A DNA stretch of 64,000 bases from Alphaproteobacteria bacterium (lineage in GTDB: Bacteria > Pseudomonadota > Alphaproteobacteria > MPNO01), in NCBI GenBank assembly GCA_965205995.1, contig OZ242200.1, positions 19,233-83,232 on the forward strand, written 5' to 3'. The notes below the pieces were generated by a model. The model searched no databases. It saw only the letters and a list, made by a program, of their open reading frames with translations, and was not told the origin of the DNA. Made by a program: the position numbers and the translations under genes. Shown here one piece after another: positions 27,217 through 37,570 of this stretch; within the stretch, counting starts at the first letter, position 1; every line of letters begins with the position of its first letter.

Positions 27217-28491
27217 ATGGAGTGGGTGATGGTGCTGATGCCGGTCGGTCTTCTGATCCTCGGCTTCCCGATCTTCATCATCCTGCTCGCCACCTCGGCG
27301 ATCATCCTCCTGTTCTTCATGGACATACCGCTGACCGCGGTCCACCAGGTGATGTTCGGCAGCGTCGACAAGTTCGCGCTGATGGCGGTCCCGTTCTTCA
27401 TCTTCGCCGGCGAGTTGATGGGCATGGGGGGCATCTCCCAGCGCATCATCGCCTGGGTGATGTCGGTGATCGGCGGGTTGCGCGGCAGCCTGCCGCTGAC
27501 CACCGTCGGCACCTGCACGATCTTCGGCGCGATCTCGGGGTCCAGCCCGGCGACCGTGGCCGCGGTCGGAAGGCTGATGTACCCGCCGCTGCGCGAGAAG
27601 GGCTACAACGAGAAATTCTCGACCGGCGTGCTGACCTCCTCGGGCGCGATCGCCATCGTCATCCCGCCCTCGATCAGCATGATCCTCTACGGCGCCTCGG
27701 CCGAGCAATCCGTATCCCACCTGTTCATCGCCGGCATCTTTCCCGGGCTGCTGATGTCGCTGATGATGGGCGGCTACATATTCTGGTACGCCACTAGACG
27801 CGATATCCGCGAAGGGCAGCCCTTCGAATGGGGCCGGTTCCTGCGCGCGAGCAAGTCCGGCGTCTGGGCGCTCGGCACCCCGGTCATCATCCTCGGCGGA
27901 ATCTATGCCGGTGTCTTCTCGCCCACCGAGGCGGCGGGAATCGCCTGCGTCTACGCGATCATCGTGACCAAGTTCATATACGGCGACATCTCCTGGCGCG
28001 GGATCTGGGACGTCTCGGTCAACTCGATGTATCTGACCGCCCAGGTGCTGATCATCGTCGCCGGCGCCGGCGTGTTCTCCTGGCTGCTTACCGTCAGCGG
28101 CATTCCACAAGCCGCGGTTGCCGCGATCCAGGCGCTCGACGTCCCGCCCTGGGTCATCCTGATGATCATCAACGTGTTCCTGCTGATCGTCGGCTGCCTG
28201 CTGGATCCGGGATCGGCGATCCTGGTGCTGACCCCGCTGCTCGCCCCCATCGCGACGGCGATCGGCGTCGACCTGGTGCATTTCGGGGTCATCATGACGG
28301 TGAACCTGGCGATCGGCATGTTCACCCCGCCCTTCGGGCTCAACATCTTCGTCGCCCAGGCGCTGTTCAAGGCGCCCTTGAAGAGCATCTATCCGGGGCT
28401 GGTGCCGTTCATCATAATCAACATCCTGGCGCTGGGGATCGTCACATACGTGCCGGAGATGTCGCTCTATCTGTTGAAGTTCCTGGGGTAG
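27217..28491 (+). CDS. TRAP transporter large permease (DctM)
   Basis: 424 aa, ~12 TM, DctM family conserved blocks (FFIFAGELMGMGGISQR, IVIPPSI). Confidence 0.9.
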   Translation: MEWVMVLMPVGLLILGFPIFIILLATSAIILLFFMDIPLTAVHQVMFGSVDKFALMAVPFFIFAGELMGMGGISQRIIAWVMSVIGGLRGSLPLTTVGTCTIFGAISGSSPATVAAVGRLMYPPLREKGYNEKFSTGVLTSSGAIAIVIPPSISMILYGASAEQSVSHLFIAGIFPGLLMSLMMGGYIFWYATRRDIREGQPFEWGRFLRASKSGVWALGTPVIILGGIYAGVFSPTEAAGIACVYAIIVTKFIYGDISWRGIWDVSVNSMYLTAQVLIIVAGAGVFSWLLTVSGIPQAAVAAIQALDVPPWVILMIINVFLLIVGCLLDPGSAILVLTPLLAPIATAIGVDLVHFGVIMTVNLAIGMFTPPFGLNIFVAQALFKAPLKSIYPGLVPFIIINILALGIVTYVPEMSLYLLKFLG

Positions 28492-28523
28492 CGGCGCCCT
28501 CTTCGATGCGTGGCTTCCGCCCC

Positions 28524-28567
28524 CCGTCGTGGTCGGCGGAGGCCGGCCATCCACGAGTTTTTTCTGC
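28524..28567 (+). terminator. putative Rho-independent terminator after dctM
   Basis: TCGTGG...GGCCGGCC...CCACGA stem followed by TTTTTTCT. Confidence 0.35.
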
Positions 28568-28582
28568 GGCGAGGGACGGCAA

Positions 28583-28625
28583 GGGAGGAAAAGAGAAAAC
28601 GTGGGTGGTCGGGCCAAGCCCGACC
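28583..28625 (-). terminator. Rho-independent terminator after AOR gene (minus strand)
   Basis: On minus strand GGTCGGGC-TTG-GCCCGACC perfect 8-bp stem followed by ACCCACGTTTTCTCTTTTCC. Confidence 0.55.
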
Positions 28626-28675
28626 ATGACGGAGTGAGGAGAGACGCTGCGGCCCCGTCGCCCGGTTGACGCGGC

Positions 28676-30397
28676 TCAGGCGAGCGCTTCGGCGAGCAGT
28701 TTGCGGACGTGGGCGTTGACGTCCCGGCTGCGGTGGCGCGCCTTCTTTCCGGTCGGGTGCAGCCCCTCGGCGTGGAAGAACTCGGGAAGCTCGTCGTCCT
28801 CCTCGGTGAAGCCGGCCCGGCGGTTGAACTCCCATTCGTCGCGCAGGGTCTCGTGGCCCAGCCTGCGGTAGAACGATTCGTCGAGCTCGGTGCCGTGCGC
28901 GTCGTTGAGCGCGTTGATCATGAAGTCGATATTCTCGTTGGTCACGGTGCGCCCGAACACGCAGAGGCCGAGCGAATCGGCGGTCGCGCACAGCGTCTGC
29001 ACGTCGAAGCTCGCCTCGGTCAGCTCCTCGGTCGTCTTGCCGTCGCAGACGAAGGCCGGGATGTTGCCCGTGGTGTGGTCGGCGCCCTGGGCGGTGACCA
29101 TCATCGAGATGCCGGTGACCTCGATCACCCGCGGGTCGTAGGCGCTGATGCCCTGGCTCTTGATGACCGGGACGCGGGCGACCTGGTAGTGCTCGCCCAC
29201 CCTGCGGGTTCCCTGGGCGAACATCCTGCCGCGCTCGTTGCCGTCGCGGATGTCCTGCAGCACGTCGGCCATGAAGGCGGGATCGCCGAACTCGCCGAGC
29301 CCGGCCTCCATCAGGACGCCGATGGTGGCGCCGATCTCGATCGAATCGACCCCGAGGTCGTTGGCGATGTGGTTGAGCCGGGCGACGTCGTCCGGATCCT
29401 CCAGCCCGCAATTGGTGCCCATCAGCCCGAGGGTCTCGTATTCGAGCGGCGAGACGATCTCCTCGCCCTCCGGCCCGACATAGATGTTGGAGCAGCGGAT
29501 CATGCAGCCCGGCATGCAGGCATGGGTCGGCTCGCCGCCGCGCGACAGGTTGCGCTCGCGGATATGCTCGCCGCCGAGCTTGAAGGTCTCCTTCTCCTTG
29601 TCGACCTGCTGGCCGGAGGAGAAGTTGCGGGTCGGCAGCCCGCCGATCGTGTTGGTGAAGTCGCCGACCATGGCGGTGCCGAGATTGCGCAGCGCGTTGA
29701 TCGCCGCGTCGGCGTCCAGCATCTTGTTGTAGTCGCGCACCGAGCCCATCAGCTTCTTGCGGTCGTGGAAGCTCGGCATCCGGTCGCGGTCGACGACGAT
29801 CGCCTTGACCTTCTTGCTGCCCATCACCGCGCCGACCCCGCCGCGCGCGGCGATGCGGACCGGCCGCCCCTCGGGATCGGTGAACGAGATGCCGGCGATC
29901 AGCCCCATATACTCGCCGACCGGGCCGCAGAGGCCGAGGCTCACCTTGTCGCCGTATTTTTCGTGGAGCAGCTTCGCCGCCTCGATATTGCCCTTGCCCA
30001 TATAGGGTCCGGCGTCCTCGAAGGTGATCTCGCCGCCCTTGTGGATGTAGATCACCGTCCAGTCGGCGGAGGCGCCGTAGAGGTTGAACCCGGCGATCTC
30101 GATCTGTCCCAGCGCGAAGGCGAAGGTGCCGCCCGAATTGGCCTCCTTGACGCCGCCGGTGAGCGGGCTCTTGCAGCCGATCGAGAGCCGGTTGGCGTTG
30201 GAGAAATTGGAGCCGGCGAACGGCCCGGCCGAGAAGATCAGCGGGTTCTCCGGCGACAGCGGGTCGACCTCGGCCGCGCCCTTCGCCAGCAGCGTCTTGG
30301 CGATCAAATGGCGGCCGGCGCGGACGATCGCCTCGCCATGCAGCTCCTCGGTCTCGATCGATCGGTCGTCGAGGTCGATGTGAAGATATTTTCTCAT
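28676..30397 (-). CDS. aldehyde:ferredoxin oxidoreductase (tungsten/molybdopterin AOR family)
   Basis: 573 aa; N-terminal MRKYLHIDLDDRSIETEEL AOR N-domain, [4Fe-4S] cysteines in HACMPGCMIRCSNIY, AOR domains 2/3. Confidence 0.8.
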   Translation of the reverse strand: MRKYLHIDLDDRSIETEELHGEAIVRAGRHLIAKTLLAKGAAEVDPLSPENPLIFSAGPFAGSNFSNANRLSIGCKSPLTGGVKEANSGGTFAFALGQIEIAGFNLYGASADWTVIYIHKGGEITFEDAGPYMGKGNIEAAKLLHEKYGDKVSLGLCGPVGEYMGLIAGISFTDPEGRPVRIAARGGVGAVMGSKKVKAIVVDRDRMPSFHDRKKLMGSVRDYNKMLDADAAINALRNLGTAMVGDFTNTIGGLPTRNFSSGQQVDKEKETFKLGGEHIRERNLSRGGEPTHACMPGCMIRCSNIYVGPEGEEIVSPLEYETLGLMGTNCGLEDPDDVARLNHIANDLGVDSIEIGATIGVLMEAGLGEFGDPAFMADVLQDIRDGNERGRMFAQGTRRVGEHYQVARVPVIKSQGISAYDPRVIEVTGISMMVTAQGADHTTGNIPAFVCDGKTTEELTEASFDVQTLCATADSLGLCVFGRTVTNENIDFMINALNDAHGTELDESFYRRLGHETLRDEWEFNRRAGFTEEDDELPEFFHAEGLHPTGKKARHRSRDVNAHVRKLLAEALA

Positions 30398-30488
30398 TCC
30401 GTCGGTATCCCGGGTGATATGCGATTGGCGCGATTGGCCGCCATATTGCGGGATTTAGGCGGGCCGTTTCCAGTTCTTTCGCCGTCGC

Positions 30489-32069
30489 TCAGTTTTCGCC
30501 CGCTTCGCCGCCTGCCCGCCACAGCGCCTTCAGCGCATCGCGGCGGATCTTGCCGCGATGCGATTTGGGCAGGCTGTCGACCACGAAAACCGATTTCGGC
30601 AGCTTGAAATCGGGCAGCTGCCCGGCGCAGCCGGCGATGACGGCGTCGGGTTCCACCGCCGCGCCGGGGCGGGCGACGACGAAGGCGGCGATCTCCTCCC
30701 CGTAGATCGGGTCGGGCACGCCGATGGCGGCCGCCTCCTCGATCCCGGGCAGGCGCATCAGCACCGCGTCGATCTCGAGCGGCGCGATATTGACCCCGCC
30801 GCGGATGATCAGATCCTTGACCCGGCCGGTGACGGTGACGAAGTCGTCCCCATCGGCGACGCCGATATCGCCGGTCCTCAGCCAGTCGTCGAGCCGGGTT
30901 GCGCGCATGTCCCGGTATTCCCCCGCCGGCGTGATCGAGGCGGTCGCGGTCTGCGGGCCGCGGATCGCGATCTCGCCCTCGACGCCAGGCGGGCAGGGCG
31001 CGCCGTCGGCATCGAGGATCGCGAAGCCGATATGCCGGGCCGGCTGTCCGACGGTGCCGAGCTTGCGCCTGTGGTGGCGGTTGCCGCAGAGCCAGCCGCC
31101 TTCGGAGGCGCCGTAGAACTGCAACAGGGTGATGCCGTAGCGCTCCTCGAAACGCCGCCAGCGGTCGGGCGACAGCGGCGCCGAGCTCGACGTCATCAGC
31201 CGCAGCGAGGCGATCCGCGCGGGATCGATCTCGACCGGCCGGTTGAGCAGCATGTTGATCACCGTCGGCACCCCGACCGCCACCGTAATCCGGTGGCGGT
31301 CGATCCAGTCGAAGAAGCGCCGGCGCGAGAACCGCCGCGCGATATGCAAAGTGAGCCCGGTCTGCAGGAACGGCATCAAGGCGAGGATCTGCGGCGAGAG
31401 CCAGCTGAAGGTGCGGTATTCGAGCAGCCGGTCGTCCCCCGTCATGCCGGTGAAGTCGAGGCTCGAAAGCCCGCAGAGCCAGAGCCCGAGATGGTCCCAT
31501 TCGACGCATTTCGGACGATCCGTGGTGCCGGACGTCGAGAAGATGCAGGCGGTGTCGGTGGGCGCGTTGGCGGCGCCCGGCGCGGCCCGCCGGTCGAGCG
31601 CGGCGGCGGCTGCGAAGAGCTCGCCCGGTTCGTCGTCGCCCCCCGGCCAGATGGAGAACCGCGCCGAGGGGTAGCCCAGCCCGCCGATGATCTCCTCGCC
31701 GTCGAGCTCGCTGTGCCAGAGCACCAGCCGCGGGTCGATATAGGTCACGATCGCGCGCAGATGCGGGATGCTCATCTCGACATGGAACGGGCAGGCGATC
31801 GCCCCGATTCGCCAGACCGCGAGGAAGACGAGCAGCTTCTCGATCCGCTCCCCGGCGAGCACCACCACCCTGTCGCCGCGCGCGACGCCCTCCGCCTCCA
31901 GCCAGCCGGCGATTCGCTCGACCGCGTCGCGGAGGCCCCGGAAGTCGATTTCCCCGCCGCCGTCGAGGTCGACGATCGCGGTTTTTCGCGGATGCGCCGA
32001 GTCATGCCGGGCGAGGGTCTCGGCGATGCTGCGAAACGGTATGGCGAGGTCTCGCGCGGTCTGGTCCAT
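30489..32069 (-). CDS. class I adenylate-forming enzyme (acyl-CoA synthetase/AMP-dependent ligase)
   Basis: 526 aa; AMP-binding motif IFSTSGTTDRPK, YGASEGG, GDIG...D...GR.KD. Confidence 0.8.
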   Translation of the reverse strand: MDQTARDLAIPFRSIAETLARHDSAHPRKTAIVDLDGGGEIDFRGLRDAVERIAGWLEAEGVARGDRVVVLAGERIEKLLVFLAVWRIGAIACPFHVEMSIPHLRAIVTYIDPRLVLWHSELDGEEIIGGLGYPSARFSIWPGGDDEPGELFAAAAALDRRAAPGAANAPTDTACIFSTSGTTDRPKCVEWDHLGLWLCGLSSLDFTGMTGDDRLLEYRTFSWLSPQILALMPFLQTGLTLHIARRFSRRRFFDWIDRHRITVAVGVPTVINMLLNRPVEIDPARIASLRLMTSSSAPLSPDRWRRFEERYGITLLQFYGASEGGWLCGNRHHRRKLGTVGQPARHIGFAILDADGAPCPPGVEGEIAIRGPQTATASITPAGEYRDMRATRLDDWLRTGDIGVADGDDFVTVTGRVKDLIIRGGVNIAPLEIDAVLMRLPGIEEAAAIGVPDPIYGEEIAAFVVARPGAAVEPDAVIAGCAGQLPDFKLPKSVFVVDSLPKSHRGKIRRDALKALWRAGGEAGEN

Positions 32070-32142
32070 CGTGCGAAACTAGTCGAAACGCCCGCCGAAT
32101 CGAAGCCTCGCCGCCCGGGGATCGCCGCGCCATCGCATATGG

Positions 32143-32170
32143 TTGACTGGCTCTTGCGAGTCCCTATAAT
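32143..32170 (+). promoter_or_regulatory. near-consensus sigma70-type promoter TTGACT-16nt-TATAAT upstream of rpsM region
   Basis: TTGACTggctcttgcgagtcccTATAAT read directly; followed by AGGAGG RBS and GTG at 32238. Confidence 0.5.
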
Positions 32171-32328
32171 CCGGCCACCCGAATGGGACATCCATTTTCG
32201 GAACCCCGGACTTCATCCCGATGCAGGAGGCCGCGTCGTGGCGCGAATAGCTGGCGTTAACCTGCCTAATCCGGCCACCCGAATGGGACATCCATTTTCG
32301 GCTGGACTTCATCCCGCAAGGCCGCGTC

Positions 32329-32357
<29 letters not shown>
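32167..32357. repeat. imperfect tandem duplication (100 nt + 91 nt) of rpsM leader + first 10 codons
   Basis: TAATCCGGCCACCCGAATGGGACATCCATTTTCGG...GACTTCATCCCG...CCGCGTCGTGGCGCGAATAGCTGGCGTTAACCTGCC occurs twice head-to-tail (32167-32266, 32267-32357); copy 1 retains AGGAGG RBS, copy 2 has it degraded. Confidence 0.8.
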
Positions 32358-32746
<389 letters not shown>

Positions 32747-32768
32747 CCGGCGCACACCGAGGGACAAG

Positions 32769-33161
32769 ATGGCACGACAGACCGCAACGCGCGTCCGCCG
32801 CCGCGAGCGTAAGAACATCACCGCCGGCGTCGCGCATGTGAATGCCTCCTTCAACAACACCAAGATCACCATCACCGACGCCCAAGGCAACACGATCTCG
32901 TGGTCGTCGGCGGGATCGCAGGGGTTCAAGGGATCGCGCAAATCGACCCCCTACGCGGCGCAGATCGCGGGGGAAGATGCCGGGCGGAAGGCCATGGAGC
33001 ATGGCGTGAAGACGCTCGAAATCCAGGTCAAGGGGCCGGGCTCGGGACGCGAATCGGCGCTGCGCGCGCTTCAGGCGGTCGGCTTTTCGATCACCTCGAT
33101 TCGCGACGTGACGCCCATCCCGCATAACGGCTGCCGCCCGCGCAAGCGCCGCCGGGTCTGA
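32769..33161 (+). CDS. rpsK: 30S ribosomal protein S11
   Basis: 130 aa; [22 protein letters not shown]...[13 protein letters not shown] canonical S11. Confidence 0.95.
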   Translation: MARQTATRVRRRERKNITAGVAHVNASFNNTKITITDAQGNTISWSSAGSQGFKGSRKSTPYAAQIAGEDAGRKAMEHGVKTLEIQVKGPGSGRESALRALQAVGFSITSIRDVTPIPHNGCRPRKRRRV

Positions 33162-33246
33162 ACCCAGCGCCAGGGCGCGGCAAGCCCGCGCCTCGAACGG
33201 CGGCGTTCTCGCCGCTGGATTTCAATCGCCGCCAAGGATCGAAAAA

Positions 33247-34269
33247 ATGTCGATTATTCACAGAAACTGGCAAGAGCTGATCAAGCCGAGCAAGCTCGAG
33301 ATCCTTCCCGGCACCGACCCGGCCCGGTTCGCGAGGATCGTCGCCGAGCCGCTGGAGCGCGGATTCGGCGTCACCCTCGGCAACGCGCTGAGGCGCGTGC
33401 TGCTGTCGTCGCTGCAGGGCGCGGCATGCACGGCGCTCCAGATCGACGGGGTGCTGCACGAATTCTCCTCCATCCCCGGGGTGCGGGAGGACGTCACCGA
33501 TATCGTGCTCAACGTCAAGAGCCTCGCGCTGCGCATGCATGGCGACGGGCCGAAGCGCATGTATCTCGAAGGCACCGGACCCGGCGAGATCACCGCCGGC
33601 ATGATCGAGGCCGGCCACGACATCGAAATCGTCGAACCCGACATCGCGATCTGCACCCTCGACGAGGGCGCCAAGATTTCCATGGAGCTCACCGTCGATG
33701 CGGGCAAGGGCTACGTCCCGGCGGTCCAGAACCGCGCCGCCGACGCCCCGATCGGACTGGTGCCCGTGGATGCCGTGTTCAGCCCGGTCCGCAAGGTGGC
33801 CTTCCAGGTGGAGAACACCCGGGTGGGCCAGATCACCGACTACGACAAGCTGTCGCTCGACATCGAGACCAACGGCGTGATCTCGCCGGAGGACGCCGTG
33901 GCGCTGGCGGCCCGCATCCTGCAGGACCAGCTCCAGCTCTTCATCAACTTCGAGGAGCCCTCGACCAGGGCCGAGGAGATCCTGCCCAGCGAGCCGTCCT
34001 TCAACAAGAACCTGCTGCGCAAGGTCGACGAGCTGGAACTCTCCGTGCGCTCCGCCAACTGCCTCAAGAACGACAACATCATCTATATCGGCGACCTCGT
34101 GCAGAAGAGCGAGCAGGAGATGCTGCGCACCCCCAATTTCGGGCGCAAATCCTTGAACGAGATCAAGGAGGTGCTCGCCCAGATGGGGCTCGAGCTCGGC
34201 ATGGAGATCCTCGAATGGCCGCCCGAGAACATCGAAGATCTCGCCCGGCGGCTGGACGAGCCCTATTAG
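33247..34269 (+). CDS. rpoA: DNA-directed RNA polymerase subunit alpha
   Basis: 340 aa; [22 protein letters not shown]-domain and C-terminal alphaCTD ([21 protein letters not shown]). Confidence 0.95.
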   Translation: MSIIHRNWQELIKPSKLEILPGTDPARFARIVAEPLERGFGVTLGNALRRVLLSSLQGAACTALQIDGVLHEFSSIPGVREDVTDIVLNVKSLALRMHGDGPKRMYLEGTGPGEITAGMIEAGHDIEIVEPDIAICTLDEGAKISMELTVDAGKGYVPAVQNRAADAPIGLVPVDAVFSPVRKVAFQVENTRVGQITDYDKLSLDIETNGVISPEDAVALAARILQDQLQLFINFEEPSTRAEEILPSEPSFNKNLLRKVDELELSVRSANCLKNDNIIYIGDLVQKSEQEMLRTPNFGRKSLNEIKEVLAQMGLELGMEILEWPPENIEDLARRLDEPY

Positions 34270-34299
34270 GACGGCCGGGTACAAGCGGGGAGACGGGCC

Positions 34300-34737
34300 A
34301 TGCGACACCGGCTGAAGGGCCGCAAGCTAAACCGGACCAGCACGCACCGGATCGCCATGTTCCGCAACATGGCGGCGGCTCTGGTGAAGCACGAGCAGAT
34401 CACCACAACCCTGCCCAAGGCGAAGGAGCTCCGGCCCATCGTCGAGCGGCTGATCACGCTGGGCAAGCGCGGCCCGTCCGACCTGCACGCCCGCCGCCAG
34501 GCGATCCGCAGGCTCGCCGGCGACGCCAAGCTGGCCGACAAGCTGTTCACCACGCTCGCCGAGCGCTATGCCGAGCGCAAGGGCGGTTACACGAGGGTGT
34601 TGAAGGCCGGCTTCCGCTACGGCGATTCCGCGCCGATGGCGGTGATCGAGCTGGTCGACCGCGACCCCGAGGCGAAGGGGCTCGATTCCGGGCCGGTGCC
34701 GGAACGCGACACGGTCCCGGAGGAAGCGGCCGCCTGA
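34300..34737 (+). CDS. rplQ: 50S ribosomal protein L17
   Basis: 145 aa; [46 protein letters not shown] canonical. Confidence 0.95.
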   Translation: MRHRLKGRKLNRTSTHRIAMFRNMAAALVKHEQITTTLPKAKELRPIVERLITLGKRGPSDLHARRQAIRRLAGDAKLADKLFTTLAERYAERKGGYTRVLKAGFRYGDSAPMAVIELVDRDPEAKGLDSGPVPERDTVPEEAAA

Positions 34738-34760
34738 CCCCGCCGCGCGCGCAAATCCCA

Positions 34761-34790
34761 GGGACAGCGCCGGGCGCTGTCCCTTTTCAT
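34761..34790 (+). terminator. Rho-independent terminator after rplQ
   Basis: GGGACAGCGC-CGG-GCGCTGTCCC perfect 10-bp stem then TTTTCATTT. Confidence 0.7.
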
Positions 34791-34834
34791 TTGCCGGGCG
34801 GCGCGGCATGGTGCGCTCAGCTTGGGGGAGCGCC

Positions 34835-36259
34835 ATGAAGACGACGCCGATGCGGGGCGCGCTATGGCTTGCCGCCGTCCTGGCGCTGGCGGTTGCCGGC
34901 GCCGCGCCCGCCGGGGCCGACAAGCGCCTGCCCTCGGGGCGCGAGGAAATGCGGCTTTCCTTTGCGCCGCTGGTCAAGCGCGCGGCGCCGGCCGTGGTCA
35001 ACATCTACGCCAGGCGCGTGGTGCAAAGCGTGCCGGTCTCGCCGTTCTTCAACGACCCCTTCTTCCGGCGGTTCTTCGGCGAGGACTTCTCCTTCGGCCG
35101 GCCGCGCGAGCGGGTGCAGAATTCGCTGGGCTCCGGCGTCGTCGTGCGCGGCGACGGGCTGGTGGTCACCAACCATCATGTCATCAAGGACGCGAGCGAG
35201 ATCACCGTCGTGTTCGCCGACCGCCGCGAGTTCGACGCGAGACTCGTCGGCACCGACCAACGGACCGACCTCGCGGTGCTGCGGATCGATCCCGGCGGGC
35301 AGGAGCTGCCCTGGCTGCGGATCAGGGATTCCGACGATCTGGAGGTGGGCGATCTGGTGCTCGCCATCGGCAATCCCTTCGGGGTGGGGCAGACGGTGAC
35401 CAGCGGGATCGTGTCGGCGCTCGCCCGCAACGCGGCCGGGATCTCGGATTTCGGCTTCTTCATCCAGACCGACGCCGCGATCAACCCGGGCAATTCCGGC
35501 GGCGCGCTGGTCTCGCTCGACGGGCGCCTGGTGGGCATCAACACGGCGATCTATTCCCGCGGCGGCGGATCGATCGGAATCGGCTTCGCGATCCCGTCCA
35601 ACATGGTGGCGATGGTGGTCGACGCGGTGGACCGGACCGGACGGGTCGTCCGGCCCTGGATCGGCGCGCGGACCCAGGATGTCACCGCGGCGATCGCCGC
35701 CTCTCTGGGCCGGCCCCGCCCCGAGGGGGTGATCGTCCGCGAGATCCACCCCGGCGGGCCGACCGACCGGGCGGAGCTCCGCGTCGGCGATGTCATCCTC
35801 GCCGTCAACGGGCGCCGGATCGACGACCGGGCGGGGCTCTTCTTCCGGGTCGCCACGCTTCGCCTCGGCGCCACGGCGGAGTTCACGGTGCTCCGCCAGG
35901 GGCGCGAGCGCAGGCTCCGTTTCGATGTCGTCGCCGCGCCCGAGATCCCGCCGCGAAACGTGACCGAGCTGGATGGCCGCCACCCGTTTTCCGGCGCCGC
36001 GATGGCGGACCTCTCGCCGGCGCTCGCCGAGGAGCTGGGGATCGAATCCCCGGAGCGCGGTGTCGTTGTAATGGATGCCCGCCGGGGCAGCATCGCGCGC
36101 CGGCTGGGCTTCCGGCGCGGCGACGTGGTGCTGCGCATCAACGGCCGCGAGCCGCGCTCGGTCGCCGCGCTCGCGCGGCTTCTCGGTTCGCCGGACGACC
36201 GCTGGCGGGTTTCGGTGCTGCGCGACGGCAAGGCGGTGTCCTTCGTGTTCGGAGCCTGA
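34835..36259 (+). CDS. degP: Do/DegP/HtrA family periplasmic serine protease with two PDZ domains
   Basis: Signal peptide, catalytic triad context (TNHHV, D, GNSGGAL), two PDZ-like regions; start trimmed to MKTTPMRGALWLAAVLALA. Confidence 0.85.
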   Translation: MKTTPMRGALWLAAVLALAVAGAAPAGADKRLPSGREEMRLSFAPLVKRAAPAVVNIYARRVVQSVPVSPFFNDPFFRRFFGEDFSFGRPRERVQNSLGSGVVVRGDGLVVTNHHVIKDASEITVVFADRREFDARLVGTDQRTDLAVLRIDPGGQELPWLRIRDSDDLEVGDLVLAIGNPFGVGQTVTSGIVSALARNAAGISDFGFFIQTDAAINPGNSGGALVSLDGRLVGINTAIYSRGGGSIGIGFAIPSNMVAMVVDAVDRTGRVVRPWIGARTQDVTAAIAASLGRPRPEGVIVREIHPGGPTDRAELRVGDVILAVNGRRIDDRAGLFFRVATLRLGATAEFTVLRQGRERRLRFDVVAAPEIPPRNVTELDGRHPFSGAAMADLSPALAEELGIESPERGVVVMDARRGSIARRLGFRRGDVVLRINGREPRSVAALARLLGSPDDRWRVSVLRDGKAVSFVFGA

Positions 36260-36262
36260 CAA

Positions 36263-37570
36263 GTGAGCGCCGACAGCGACCGCGAACCCGGGCTGTTCGA
36301 GGCCGCCGCGCCGCGCCCGCTAGCCGACCGGCTGCGCCCGGCGAGGCTGGAGGACGTGCTGGGCCAGGACCACCTGCTGGGCGCGGACGGGCCGATCGGC
36401 CGCATGGTGGGCGAGGGCCGGCTGACCTCGATGGTCCTGTGGGGGCCGCCGGGCAGTGGCAAGACGACCATCGCCAGGTTGCTGGCGAACGCGACGGCGC
36501 ATCATTTCGAGCCATTGTCCGCGGTCTTTTCCGGGGTCGCCGATCTCAAGCGCGTGTTCGAGGCGGCGCGTGGGCGCCGCGTCGCCGGCCAGGGGACCAT
36601 CCTGTTCGTCGACGAGATCCACCGCTTCAACCGCGCCCAGCAGGACAGCTTCCTGCCCGTCGTCGAGGACGGGACGGTGATCCTGGTCGGCGCCACCACG
36701 GAAAACCCGTCCTTCGAGCTCAACGGCGCGCTGTTGTCGCGTTGCCAGGTCTTCGTGCTGCGCCGGCTCGACGACGCGGCGGTGGAAGCCCTGCTGCGCC
36801 GGGCCGAGGCGGAGACCGGCCGCCGCCTTCCTTTGGACGCGGCCGCGCGCGCGGCGCTGCTCGCGATGGCGGACGGCGACGGGCGCTATGTCCTCAACCT
36901 CGCCGAGGAGCTGCTGGCGCTGCCCGACGGCGAGGCTCTCGACGTCGCCGGCCTCTGCCAGGCGGTGCAGCGCCGCGCGCCGCTCTACGACAAGTCGCAG
37001 GACGGCCATTACAACCTGATCAGCGCGCTGCACAAATCGATCCGGGGATCGGACGCCGACGCCGCGCTCTACTGGCTCGCGCGCATGTTCCAGGGCGGCG
37101 AGGACCCGCGCTACGTGGCCCGCCGGCTGACCCGCCTGGCGGCCGAGGATGTCGGCCTGGCGGACCCGCAGGCGCTGGTTCAGGCGCTCGCCGCCTGGCA
37201 GACCTATGAGCGGCTCGGCTCTCCCGAAGGCGAGCTCGCGATCGCGCAATTGGCGGTCTATCTCGCCAACGCGCCCAAGTCGAACGCGCTCTACAAGGGC
37301 TTCAACGCGGCCTGGGCGGCGGCCGAGCGCACCGGGTCGCTGATTCCGCCGAGCCACATTCTCAACGCGCCGACGCGGCTGATGAAGGATCTGGGCTACG
37401 GCGCCGGCTATCGCTACGACCACAACGAGGAAGGCGGGTTCTCGGGCCAGAACTACTTCCCCGACGGCATGGAGCCGGAGGTTTTCTACCGGCCGACCGA
37501 CCGCGGCGCGGAGGCCGAAATCGCCGCCCGGATCGACGCCCTGCGGGCCCGGCGGAAGGGCGCGGGATGA
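36263..37570 (+). CDS. rarA: replication-associated recombination protein A (AAA+ ATPase RarA/MgsA)
   Basis: 435 aa; Walker A GPPGSGKTT, Walker B ILFVDEIHRFN, sensor and MgsA C-terminal domains; GTG start. Confidence 0.85.
   Translation: MSADSDREPGLFEAAAPRPLADRLRPARLEDVLGQDHLLGADGPIGRMVGEGRLTSMVLWGPPGSGKTTIARLLANATAHHFEPLSAVFSGVADLKRVFEAARGRRVAGQGTILFVDEIHRFNRAQQDSFLPVVEDGTVILVGATTENPSFELNGALLSRCQVFVLRRLDDAAVEALLRRAEAETGRRLPLDAAARAALLAMADGDGRYVLNLAEELLALPDGEALDVAGLCQAVQRRAPLYDKSQDGHYNLISALHKSIRGSDADAALYWLARMFQGGEDPRYVARRLTRLAAEDVGLADPQALVQALAAWQTYERLGSPEGELAIAQLAVYLANAPKSNALYKGFNAAWAAAERTGSLIPPSHILNAPTRLMKDLGYGAGYRYDHNEEGGFSGQNYFPDGMEPEVFYRPTDRGAEAEIAARIDALRARRKGAG

Noticed and set aside
37400-37570. 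Fluoride riboswitch upstream of crcB
   Set aside because: crcB start overlaps the rarA coding end, leaving no non-coding leader. No crcB-motif-like structure was seen by eye.
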